Below are positions 1 through 6,566 of a stretch of 32,633 bases of DNA, in pieces. The notes under the pieces were generated by a model, which was not told the origin of the DNA, ran no database searches, and saw only the letters and a program-made list of their open reading frames with translations. The stretch's first letter is position 1. Each line of letters starts with the position of its first letter. Source of the stretch: a virus (lineage: Duplodnaviria > Caudoviricetes); IMG/VR virus record IMGVR_UViG_3300017914_002531, positions 1 to 32,633 of that record. One strand, given 5' to 3'. The position numbers and the translations under genes were made by a program.

Positions 1-435
1 ATCGCATGCGCGATAACTCCCGTTCCTCGGCCCATGTTTGGCCATTTGTCAATCCGTATAAATACCTAGCCTCTATATGGCCCTAGAAGGCCGTCGTTTT
101 ACCCCTGACCATGTCTTGGTACCTAAAAGGGAGAAGAAAGGGGTTACAGGGCCGTACAGATATCTTAGAGAGCGTTTCAGGGTCGGCCGTCCCTTTCTGA
201 AGTATGGCTAGTTTATCCATTTTAACGTTTCTATTTCTAATGGATACTACCCAATAGTATTAACATGCTTGTCCCTGTTACAGGGGTCTAGTTATGAGTG
301 CATGTGGGTGTGTGTTTGGACGAGATGCCTACGGAAGAGAGGAAGGTCTGTGTGTGTAAGTAGTAAGTGTATGTAGTAATTAGGGTATATACCCTTTATT
401 ATTATCTACTATAAAGCTTATATAATAGTATGCAG

Positions 436-557
436 TCTCAGTTTTGAGACAGATCTAGTCCCAATATTGAGACTGAATCCCAATAATGAGATCTCAGTTT
501 TGAGACAAAATCCCAATATTGAGATCTCACTTTTGAGACAAAATCCCAATAATGAGA
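436..557. repeat. Array A: 7 copies of the 14-bp quasi-palindrome TCYCA-N4-TGAGA (iteron/operator-like)
   Basis: Copies at 436, 459, 478, 492, 511, 525 and 544. Period of 33 bp (478, 511, 544). Flanked by an AT-rich tract (about 385-430) and an A-tract (about 573-596). Confidence 0.95.
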
Positions 558-648
558 CAAGTGGGCTACAGGAAAAAAGAAAAAAAACAAAAAAAATTCC
601 CTGGTAAAAAACAATCTTCCCTGCCTGATCTCCCCCGCATAAATACCC

Positions 649-680
649 AAAAAAAAATCCCCCCCCCGCTGGAGGGAGGA
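649..680 (-). terminator. Probable rho-independent terminator closing the leftward gene block
   Basis: Minus strand TCCTCCCTCC-AGC-GGGGGGGGGA followed by a T9 run, just downstream of the 726 stop. Confidence 0.55.
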
Positions 681-725
681 GCGAAGCGATCGACCGATCA
701 GTGTCAGGCTGTAAAGCCTGGGCGA

Positions 726-1271
726 TCATCGTGCGCAGTACTTATCAAGGTCAGCGATCTGATCTGCTGGGTCATTGAGTGCTGCCACTGCGAATGCTTC
801 AAGCTCAAGGACGATAACATCCTCGTCAGCGCCTTGGAAAGCATACACCTCGACGATACGGTCGGTCACGTTTTCACCCAGAACACTCAGAGCAAATCCT
901 ACAGGATTCTGGTATACAGGGCCAAGAGTGTGGTCACTGATGCCGTTGATCATGCAGTCCTGGATGCGGTGCTGAACCTCATGACGCAGGATGTCGTAGT
1001 CCTCTTCGGTCCAGTTGCCTTCGACGCCATCGTAGCGGCCATTCTCCTGACAGATCACAATGATCTTGCGTTGACCACTGTAGAAGCCAAGATAGCCCTC
1101 ATTGAACTCAGGGCCACAAACCTCAGGGTTGACCAATACACTGACGCCTGTGCGTTCTGTAGCACGTGCAAGCTGCACATGAGCAGCGTGGTTCGATTGG
1201 GCGAAAGCCGGAACGGCTGAGCCGAGGGCGAAGCTGGCGGCGGCGGCGATTGAGGCGATGGTTTTGATCAT
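726..1271 (-). CDS. Secreted protein with HExxH motif (putative zinc metallopeptidase-like)
   Basis: N-terminal signal peptide ending AFA; LRHEVQHRIQDC motif and downstream ELEA; own promoter and RBS (AAGGA) upstream. Confidence 0.75.
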   Translation of the reverse strand: MIKTIASIAAAASFALGSAVPAFAQSNHAAHVQLARATERTGVSVLVNPEVCGPEFNEGYLGFYSGQRKIIVICQENGRYDGVEGNWTEEDYDILRHEVQHRIQDCMINGISDHTLGPVYQNPVGFALSVLGENVTDRIVEVYAFQGADEDVIVLELEAFAVAALNDPADQIADLDKYCAR

Positions 1272-1297
1272 GATGCTTTCCTTCGGTTGATGAGTTA

Positions 1298-1332
1298 ATT
1301 GTACAGCAAAAGGGGGGCCCTGTGAAACCCCT
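1298..1332 (-). promoter_or_regulatory. Terminator hairpin fused to a host-type -10 (TACAAT)
   Basis: Minus strand AGGGGTTTCACAGGGCCCCCC-TTTT-GCTG-TACAAT, then TAACTCATCAACC, similar to the leader at 4801/5173. Confidence 0.65.
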
Positions 1333-1338
1333 TAACAA

Positions 1339-1557
1339 TCAATAGCCTAAAATCTCGCTGTAGCCTCGGTAGGTCCACTCGATGTCGGAGGTTGAACTGC
1401 TGCGTGAAGGGGAGCTTAGAGGAGCACTAGGACCGTCCACAATGCGACCTGTACTGGTGTCGAAGTACGCCTGGTCAATGGGGCACCAGCGCAGCCCTGC
1501 AGAAGCAGGGGAGGCCAGCAGGGCGAATGAGGCAAGAAGGGGAAGTAGTTTTGTCAT
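1339..1557 (-). CDS. Small secreted hypothetical protein
   Basis: Start MTKLLPLLASFALLASPASA (signal peptide); TGATG overlap with the upstream gene. Confidence 0.7.
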   Translation of the reverse strand: MTKLLPLLASFALLASPASAGLRWCPIDQAYFDTSTGRIVDGPSAPLSSPSRSSSTSDIEWTYRGYSEILGY

Positions 1558-1784
1558 CAAAGAAAGGCAAGTACTTTGGAGGTGTGGCAATCGAAGCCAT
1601 CACAAGTCGTAAAATAAATCCCGAGTCGACCCTGGTCGATATCTCCGAATTCGATAGAGTGTCGACCCCAGCCGATGCTGGTGAAGCCAGGAAGTTCGAC
1701 GTCTGCGATGGGGTTGCCCCAGGCGTAGCGGAATGGGCCCCAGGCGATGACGCCATTGGTGTCGTCGATAGAAAGGTGTGGCAT
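1557..1784 (-). CDS. Hypothetical protein
   Basis: 75 aa ORF with TGATG overlaps at both ends. Confidence 0.7.
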   Translation of the reverse strand: MPHLSIDDTNGVIAWGPFRYAWGNPIADVELPGFTSIGWGRHSIEFGDIDQGRLGIYFTTCDGFDCHTSKVLAFL

Positions 1785-1948
1785 CAGTTGTCCTCCAGGA
1801 AAACGCGATAGATCAGGTTGGGGTGTGCTCTGAGTAGCTTCACTTTTTCAATAGCTTCGCTGATGGCCGCGGTTGCGGTCAGGGCTTCAAATGTTTGACT
1901 GTAGTCGTTGTTGTCCTGGTCTTTCCAGGATACGCTGTACTTAGACAT
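1784..1948 (-). CDS. Small hypothetical protein (54 aa, absent from ORF track)
   Basis: MSKYSVSWKDQDNNDYSQTFEALTATAAISEAIEKVKLLRAHPNLIYRVFLEDN; fills the gap exactly with TGATG overlaps. Confidence 0.75.
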   Translation of the reverse strand: MSKYSVSWKDQDNNDYSQTFEALTATAAISEAIEKVKLLRAHPNLIYRVFLEDN

Positions 1949-2391
1949 CAGAGACGTTCCTCATAGTATTGGCCAACGATGATGGGTTGGCCTGTTTTGT
2001 CAGAATACCCTACGGTTTGTCTGAGGCGCAACTGATCGCCATGAAGAAGTCGTATTTCTTCACGAAAGGTCGAGTCATCGTAGCTCGTGCCCATCAGGAG
2101 GGTGTCCCGATCGATCATTGACAGGTAAGAAACCGTGGGCTCATCAGAGAAGTAGCCGATGTCCCGATGAAGCTCTGTGCCGATCAGCTTCAGGTTCATG
2201 GTGCCATTGGTCTGGCCTGTCCAGACGACGGAGTAGTCATATTCGCCCTCGCTTTGAGGGGCAATGGTGAACTCGGTGGTCAGGCAGCTGGGCTTCTTGG
2301 TCTTCAGGTTGTAAAAGTAGCGACGCTCGCTGGTCCAATGGCCAACAGTGCGGCGGAACCAGTGGTGGATGTCAAGGTTGTCTTTGGTCAT
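1948..2391 (-). CDS. Phycobiliprotein (bilin) lyase, CpcS/CpeS/CpcV (S/U/V) family
   Basis: WFRRTVGHWTSERRY N-terminus, LHRDIGY, FREEIRL, RLRQT and C-terminal QYYEERL match the S-type lyase beta-barrel pattern. Confidence 0.72.
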   Translation of the reverse strand: MTKDNLDIHHWFRRTVGHWTSERRYFYNLKTKKPSCLTTEFTIAPQSEGEYDYSVVWTGQTNGTMNLKLIGTELHRDIGYFSDEPTVSYLSMIDRDTLLMGTSYDDSTFREEIRLLHGDQLRLRQTVGYSDKTGQPIIVGQYYEERL

Positions 2392-2690
2392 TGGCCGAGG
2401 GCTTTCTTGAGGGCATTGGAGGCTAAGACCATCTTGTCGGTGTGGACATAGGCCTCACTGAAGGCAAGAGGAAACAGCTTGGCGACCATCATGCAGCCGA
2501 TTGCGGTTGACATGGCTTCGTCTTTCTTGACAAGGCCAGGGATCTGCGGCTGCCATTCGACGATGACGGAGCAGAAATCGCGGACGAATTCTTGGCATGC
2601 CTCGGGTGACATGGATTTGATCTTGTTGGCGGCGTCCTGCTCGATTGCTTCGTTGAAGCCGGCCAGGAACTCTGAGGCTGAGTCAGTCAT
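2388..2690 (-). CDS. Hypothetical protein
   Basis: Likely start ATG 2690 (MTDSASEF), overlapping its neighbours. Confidence 0.7.
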   Translation of the reverse strand: MTDSASEFLAGFNEAIEQDAANKIKSMSPEACQEFVRDFCSVIVEWQPQIPGLVKKDEAMSTAIGCMMVAKLFPLAFSEAYVHTDKMVLASNALKKALGQ

Positions 2691-2892
2691 GGTAAAGAGA
2701 AAAGCAACGTTCAATTATGATTCTAGCCTCTTCCTCCGTTAACAGTCCTTCGATGTAAGAATTGTTAACCTCGTGAGCAATCTCATCACAGGAGACCCTG
2801 AAGTCTGATGCGGTGGGCTTGGGAGCGAGAGCGAGGCAGATGGCGATACCGGATACGCATGCCATCAATGTAGCGTAAAACCTGAAGATCAC
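2683..2892 (-). CDS. Hypothetical protein with N-terminal hydrophobic/signal segment
   Basis: 69 aa; GTGA overlap with the upstream micro-ORF. Confidence 0.7.
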   Translation of the reverse strand: MIFRFYATLMACVSGIAICLALAPKPTASDFRVSCDEIAHEVNNSYIEGLLTEEEARIIIERCFSLYHD

Positions 2893-2981
2893 GAGGACAA
2901 CCGGTTAAGGCCTATAAGGATACCAGCGAACAGGATGAAGATCAATCCTGAGCCGACGTATGTAACGAAGTCAGCGGTCAC
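2889..2981 (-). CDS. 30-aa single-TM microprotein
   Basis: (M)TADFVTYVGSGLIFILFAGILIGLNRLSS; 4-nt GTGA overlaps at both ends. Confidence 0.6.
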   Translation of the reverse strand: MTADFVTYVGSGLIFILFAGILIGLNRLSS

Positions 2982-3046
2982 TTTGAAATCCTCCAGGTGT
3001 AGGCGAACAGGTAAACTGCTGCGAACCAAAAAACAAAAGTGGTCAT
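2978..3046 (-). CDS. 22-aa hydrophobic microprotein
   Basis: MTTFVFWFAAVYLFAYTWRISK; ATGA and GTGA overlaps at its ends. Confidence 0.55.
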   Translation of the reverse strand: MTTFVFWFAAVYLFAYTWRISK

Positions 3047-3291
3047 AAGAAAAGAGAAGGGATGATTACAGATAAAGATGCAAGGATAAAGAAGATCGAA
3101 AGACCTGCCATATCGTTTGCCTGGGTAACCCTGTAAAAGGGAAAACGCAGGGATTCGGCAATTAGCTTTGACCAAGCGCCGATAACGACGTCACCGGTAA
3201 TTAGCATGGCCACGTAACCTGAAACCCCTACATAGACAGAAATGTTTTTAAGTATGTAGGGGAGGCGAAAGCGTTGACTCAGGTCAGTCAT
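3043..3291 (-). CDS. Small multi-TM membrane protein (cyanophage hypothetical type)
   Basis: 82 aa with three hydrophobic segments; coupled to neighbours. Confidence 0.7.
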   Translation of the reverse strand: MTDLSQRFRLPYILKNISVYVGVSGYVAMLITGDVVIGAWSKLIAESLRFPFYRVTQANDMAGLSIFFILASLSVIIPSLFL

Positions 3292-3547
3292 GGGGGCTGC
3301 TTTGGTAAAGCTTCGGCTTTATTCGACCGAACCCGGATTTGATTTGCTTGACTTGATGACCTTCATCGTAAAAAGAATCGAAGATGTCTGTGGACTTGTA
3401 GGCACGTACACCGTATACACCTTTGTCAGTTACGACAAGATGAACATCACTGGGAAGCTTGGCGTCAAGATCAGTAAGCTCGACTTCACTTGTCTCCTCC
3501 AGAAGAAGCTGACACTGGTTGGACTTGAGTTTTTCGCTGAGGGTCAT
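3284..3547 (-). CDS. Cyanophage-type hypothetical protein
   Basis: LPSD, DIFDxxYD and GFGRIKPKLY motifs recalled from cyanophage hypothetical proteins; RBS AGGA. Confidence 0.75.
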   Translation of the reverse strand: MTLSEKLKSNQCQLLLEETSEVELTDLDAKLPSDVHLVVTDKGVYGVRAYKSTDIFDSFYDEGHQVKQIKSGFGRIKPKLYQSSPHD

Positions 3548-3602
3548 TGTAAATTTCCTATAGAAACAAAAGGTTGAACGAATCGTTCAGTGGATGACCT
3601 GG

Positions 3603-3761
3603 TCAGGGGGCTTTGTACGGGATAGCGTGGTGGGTCTGTACTTTGCAGGGGTTGCCGGTGCCGTGTGCCTCATTAAACCAATTCAGTGTCTCCAGGTACG
3701 TACCAATGCGAGTGGTGCCGTCCTTGTAGGTGCAAACGTAAACTGGGCGTTGTTCAGTCAT
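3603..3761 (-). CDS. Hypothetical protein (52 aa, absent from ORF track)
   Basis: MTEQRPVYVCTYKDGTTRIGTYLETLNWFNEAHGTGNPCKVQTHHAIPYKAP; GGAG RBS upstream. Confidence 0.65.
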   Translation of the reverse strand: MTEQRPVYVCTYKDGTTRIGTYLETLNWFNEAHGTGNPCKVQTHHAIPYKAP

Positions 3762-3788
3762 CAAAAGAGTTCTCCAGCGATGGGATGA

Positions 3789-4280
3789 TTATTGGATGGT
3801 TCCGTGCTTCAGGAAATACCCCACTTCTCCTGGGGTGATTCCAAAATAACCTGCAGGCCCAAGACATGTTGTATAACATGATACAGGATGGAATTCTTTT
3901 GTCTCGTCGTACTGGGTGTTCCTGACAGCATGGTTGAGCAGCAGGCTGCCATCCTTGCCAGACACTGAGCGATGCAAACACCCTGGAGGGATCTCCAGAG
4001 CCCCTGTAGCAGCGTTTAGATAGACGTACCAGTGTGGTGTAGCCCAGTCAAGGCAAACCAGCTCAAAGAGCCGTGTGCCCTGGATCACGCGGTTGTGATC
4101 AGTCTGGTGGGAGTGAACGTAGAACCGCTTCGCATCCCCGAGCGGTGGTGGCGAGACGGCTGGGCCAGTGTGCTCCACCAGGTCGATGCCGTTTGAGCCT
4201 GGTACCGAGATGTCAGCGAAGTGGACGCCCTCGGTGCGGCGGAAAGTCCGTTCTCTGTAAAGCTTGAATGGGGTGGTCAT
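3789..4280 (-). CDS. Cupin-fold protein of the marine cyanobacterial/cyanophage family often labelled 'hemagglutinin-neuraminidase-like'
   Basis: DLVEHTGPAVSPP, FYVHSHQTDHNRV, RLFELV and LEIPPGCLHRSVSG cupin His motifs. Confidence 0.75.
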   Translation of the reverse strand: MTTPFKLYRERTFRRTEGVHFADISVPGSNGIDLVEHTGPAVSPPPLGDAKRFYVHSHQTDHNRVIQGTRLFELVCLDWATPHWYVYLNAATGALEIPPGCLHRSVSGKDGSLLLNHAVRNTQYDETKEFHPVSCYTTCLGPAGYFGITPGEVGYFLKHGTIQ

Positions 4281-4519
4281 GAGGAAAAGTCCTGTAGTTC
4301 GGTGTCCTCATCGACCCTACTGGCGAGGCAAAGTTCGGTGTACTCATCGACCCTGTCGGCGAAGTACTGTAAATTCTCCAGGGCTGCTCGCTCCAGATCC
4401 TGAAGCAGTTTGCTGGTGGTGCCACCTTCGTCATCGAGGTACTCCGAGACAACCTCCTTAAGGCGCTCGAAGCGCTCCTGTTCGAAGGACTTTTGGATTG
4501 CTGGATCGAGAATGGTCAT
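4277..4519 (-). CDS. Acidic hypothetical protein
   Basis: Start MTILD at 4519 (ATGA overlap); internal 36-nt duplication near the C-terminus. Confidence 0.7.
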   Translation of the reverse strand: MTILDPAIQKSFEQERFERLKEVVSEYLDDEGGTTSKLLQDLERAALENLQYFADRVDEYTELCLASRVDEDTELQDFSS

Positions 4520-4794
4520 TCTGCCTCCGAGGTGAATGTGGTGGTGGTGCCGTTGGACTTGATGGAGACAACTCGCTCTGCGCGAAAGCTTCTCCATTGA
4601 TTCAGTTTAACGTCGACGATGCGGAAGACCGCAGGGTCCTTGCAGGTGGTGCCAGTGCCAAGGATCTCACCGATCTGCTTGGGGTTGGTGGTCAGCTGGC
4701 GGGCTTCGCCGTTAGCTTTGGTGAACTCGATGCTGACGAAGCTGCTCTTGGCTGCTTCGAGGATCTCGCGGATGGCTTCTGGGGTTGGCTTCAT
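4516..4794 (-). CDS. WYL_2 / Sm-like SH3 beta-barrel protein (DUF2693-like)
   Basis: VSIEFTKANGEARQLTT ... IVDVKLNQWRSFRAERV; AAAGGAG RBS before ATG 4794. Confidence 0.75.
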   Translation of the reverse strand: MKPTPEAIREILEAAKSSFVSIEFTKANGEARQLTTNPKQIGEILGTGTTCKDPAVFRIVDVKLNQWRSFRAERVVSIKSNGTTTTFTSEAE

Positions 4795-4800
4795 GGTTGT

Positions 4801-4837
4801 CTCCTTTGGTTGATGGGTTAATTGTAGCACAGATCAG
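4801..4837 (-). repeat. 37-bp exact direct repeat, copy 1 (stop codon + extended -10 TGTGCTACAAT + RBS AAAGGAG)
   Basis: ctcctttggttgatgggttaattgtagcacagatcag, identical at 5173-5209. Confidence 0.95.
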
Positions 4838-5166
4838 TCTCCTTCAAGCTCGGCGGCGATCAGTTGATCAACTACTGCAAGTAGTTCGTCTTTGCTCGCT
4901 TCTTCTTCAATCAGGCGCTTGAGTTTTTTCGATGGAGTTTCAACGAACTGCCACTTGCGGCGTCCGATGGTGCCCCCGACATCGCCCAAGACATCGCCCA
5001 AGACATTTCCCCCGACACTGCCCTCGACATCGCCCAAGACATAGCCCTCGACATCACCACGGACATCGCCTCTGACGTTCTTGACTGTCCATCTTTCAAA
5101 GCAACGCTCAAACTCAACAAGTCGGAGCGCTTCTTCGAGTGTGATTTGATCAGTGTTCATGCTCAT
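4834..5166 (-). CDS. Hypothetical protein with V-x-G-[DNSY] tetrapeptide repeats
   Basis: NVRGDVRGDVEGYVLGDVEGSVGGNVLGDVLGDVGG; 12-nt DNA periodicity (acatcgcccaag); RBS from the repeat. Confidence 0.8.
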   Translation of the reverse strand: MSMNTDQITLEEALRLVEFERCFERWTVKNVRGDVRGDVEGYVLGDVEGSVGGNVLGDVLGDVGGTIGRRKWQFVETPSKKLKRLIEEEASKDELLAVVDQLIAAELEGD

Positions 5167-5172
5167 GGGTTC

Positions 5173-5209
5173 CTCCTTTGGTTGATGGGTTAATTGTAGC
5201 ACAGATCAG
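5173..5209 (-). repeat. 37-bp exact direct repeat, copy 2
   Basis: Identical to 4801-4837. Confidence 0.95.
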
Positions 5210-5382
5210 AAGTGATCTTCCTGGTGCTGCTCCTGGGCGATGCCGATCCACTTATAGAGGCTCTTGCGGGCCTCCTCGGCCAGGTAGTCATCTTCCTTGG
5301 CATCCCACAGCAGAGCGTTAACACGGCAGATGTGGATGCGGTTCTCGGCGTGGCTGAGGTACTGGGCGGTGCGCTTGTTCAT
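5206..5382 (-). CDS. Hypothetical protein (58 aa, absent from ORF track)
   Basis: MNKRTAQYLSHAENRIHICRVNALLWDAKEDDYLAEEARKSLYKWIGIAQEQHQEDHF; GGAGGA RBS and ATGA overlap. Confidence 0.7.
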   Translation of the reverse strand: MNKRTAQYLSHAENRIHICRVNALLWDAKEDDYLAEEARKSLYKWIGIAQEQHQEDHF

Positions 5383-5645
5383 GGATTCCTCCGTTTTGAT
5401 TTGGGTTCAGTGTAGTCGACTTCTGTGCCGTCGACCATGACTTCGAATTTAACGCCAAAGGATGCTGCTGTCAAGGCGAAGATCTTAGCGATCTCAACCC
5501 AGGCGTCGTGGACTAGGTCCTGGTCCCAAGCGTAGTTGCCCTTGACGGACTTCTGCTTGACCACCCGAAGGCGATCAATCAGCTTCTCCACTGCTGGTGG
5601 AAATAGCCTTGAAAAGTTTGCGCGTTTGGTTTGTTCGTCAGCCAT
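5379..5645 (-). CDS. Hypothetical protein
   Basis: Start MADEQTKR at 5645 with AGGAGG RBS. Confidence 0.75.
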   Translation of the reverse strand: MADEQTKRANFSRLFPPAVEKLIDRLRVVKQKSVKGNYAWDQDLVHDAWVEIAKIFALTAASFGVKFEVMVDGTEVDYTEPKSKRRNP

Positions 5646-5808
5646 GTGCCTCCTGGTCGTAACATTTGCGAATGTGCTTGATCGTCTGGTATGCGGTCTT
5701 GAACTCTTCACGCTTCGCTACAGCGTCGGGCGAGTCCCAACCCCTCTCTTTAACTATGGCTAGCTCCTCACGTCCAATAGAGGTGAGCCACCCTCTGTTT
5801 TCCTGCAT
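5638..5808 (-). CDS. Hypothetical protein (56 aa, absent from ORF track)
   Basis: MQENRGWLTSIGREELAIVKERGWDSPDAVAKREEFKTAYQTIKHIRKCYDQEAHG; TGATG overlap. Confidence 0.65.
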   Translation of the reverse strand: MQENRGWLTSIGREELAIVKERGWDSPDAVAKREEFKTAYQTIKHIRKCYDQEAHG

Positions 5809-6059
5809 CAGCCCTCCAGGGTAGTGTTGATGATGTCGCCCTGTACGCAGTTTAAGAGATCTGCGACGTAGGCGACTCCCTCTGAACAGTAACGACCAAG
5901 GTCAAGGTCGTCAAGGGTTGCTACGAAGATGTCGAAGTGACGAGGGCCAGGCATTACAGCAAAACCTTCGTCAGTGGACCAGTGATCTTCGATGGCCATC
6001 AGGCCCTGGATGGTGCGGTTGTTGCTGTAGCCTTCGACTGTGATTGAACAAAGTTCCAT
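5808..6059 (-). CDS. Hypothetical protein
   Basis: Start MELCS at 6059 with AAAGGAG RBS. Confidence 0.75.
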   Translation of the reverse strand: MELCSITVEGYSNNRTIQGLMAIEDHWSTDEGFAVMPGPRHFDIFVATLDDLDLGRYCSEGVAYVADLLNCVQGDIINTTLEG

Positions 6060-6085
6060 GGGTTTCTCCTTTGGTTGACGCATTC

Positions 6086-6120
6086 ATCGTTGCATTAAAA
6101 AAGGCCCTTGTCAAGGGCCT
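6086..6120 (-). promoter_or_regulatory. Terminator hairpin containing -35 TTGACA, 17 bp from a weak -10 (AACGAT)
   Basis: Minus strand AGGCCC-TTGACA-AGGGCC-TTTTTT-AATGC-AACGAT. Confidence 0.65.
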
Positions 6121-6126
6121 TAACAC

Positions 6127-6201
6127 TTATTGATAAAAGATGCCTGGACTGGTGACGATGCAGAAGGCGATCAAGAAGAACATGAACAGAGAGGTGAGCA
6201 T
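6127..6201 (-). CDS. 24-aa hydrophobic microprotein
   Basis: MLTSLFMFFLIAFCIVTSPGIFYQ, followed by a terminator; promoter-like GGCAGGAT 22 nt upstream. Confidence 0.45.
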   Translation of the reverse strand: MLTSLFMFFLIAFCIVTSPGIFYQ

Positions 6202-6268
6202 GAGTGTCCGAGTCGATACAGTCATCCTGCCTAGAAAAATACCCAAAATACAGTGGGATCAAGCTATG

Positions 6269-6457
6269 TCAGCGGGAGCACACTGAGTCTTTCCTAAGAT
6301 AGGAAGATCCACGATAAGTCAGCTGAGCATGTACGGGCTTGCCGTTAGTGACATGCTCATAAGGCACGCCGCGATAAGCCTTGAGGCTGTTGAACTGAGC
6401 GCCAAGCAGCGCACGACGGCGTTGCTCTTTCTTCTGAAGGTGCTGGAAAATAGTCAT
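6269..6457 (-). CDS. DUF4278-family small basic protein (putative glutamine-synthetase inactivating factor-like)
   Basis: Two YRG motifs (AYRGVPY, LTYRGSSY); GGAG RBS before ATG 6457; directly downstream of a glutamine-II riboswitch. Confidence 0.8.
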   Translation of the reverse strand: MTIFQHLQKKEQRRRALLGAQFNSLKAYRGVPYEHVTNGKPVHAQLTYRGSSYLRKDSVCSR

Positions 6458-6473
6458 GATTGACTCCACAGTG

Positions 6474-6527
6474 TCCAGGTCCCCGTTGCTTGACCTGGAT
6501 CGATCTGCAACCCTTTCGGGTCCAACG
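6474..6527 (-). ncRNA. Glutamine-II riboswitch (Downstream-peptide RNA motif)
   Basis: CGUUG-GA-CCC(GAAA)GGG-UUGCAGAUCGA-UCCAGGUC-AAG-CAACG-GG-GACCUGGA: P1 CGUUG/CAACG, GNRA hairpin and 8-bp pseudoknot UCCAGGUC/GACCUGGA, upstream of a DUF4278 gene. Confidence 0.85.
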
Positions 6528-6535
6528 CTATCCTC

Positions 6536-6566
6536 AGTTTACCGTGGATCTGTAGCAATTGTTACA
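6536..6566 (-). promoter_or_regulatory. Promoter -10 (TAAACT, 6536-6541) with NtcA box TGTA-N8-TACA (6551-6566)
   Basis: tGTA-gcaattgt-TACa matches the NtcA consensus GTA-N8-TAC and covers the -35 zone (repressor position). Confidence 0.75.

Noticed and set aside
405-430. Protelomerase (telRL) site at the AAGCTT-centred palindrome
   Set aside because: The palindrome is short and imperfect, and there is no protelomerase gene in the window.
436-557. Repeat arrays A and B as CRISPR or mini-CRISPR arrays
   Set aside because: Units are 14 bp with 0-9 bp gaps and no unique spacers of CRISPR length; no cas gene is present.
418-729. ORFs 418..729, 438..650 and 28758..28955 with SLLGFCL-type repeats
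   Set aside because: These are translations of the DNA repeat arrays and A/T tracts, without RBS or normal composition.
552-1220. Long opposite-strand ORFs (552..1220, 9420..10190, 12866..13405, 18662..19255, 28966..29820 and others)
   Set aside because: They are antisense shadows of well-supported genes and show no recognisable motifs.
1475-1756. ORF sharing the peptide LASPASAG with the signal peptide of the 1339..1557 gene
   Set aside because: It is an alternative frame of 1557..1784, which has TGATG coupling at both ends; the low-complexity match is probably chance.
4277-4519. Possible NblA (SFEQERF start)
   Set aside because: Only a superficial match; it lacks the NblA two-helix pattern and C-terminal motif.
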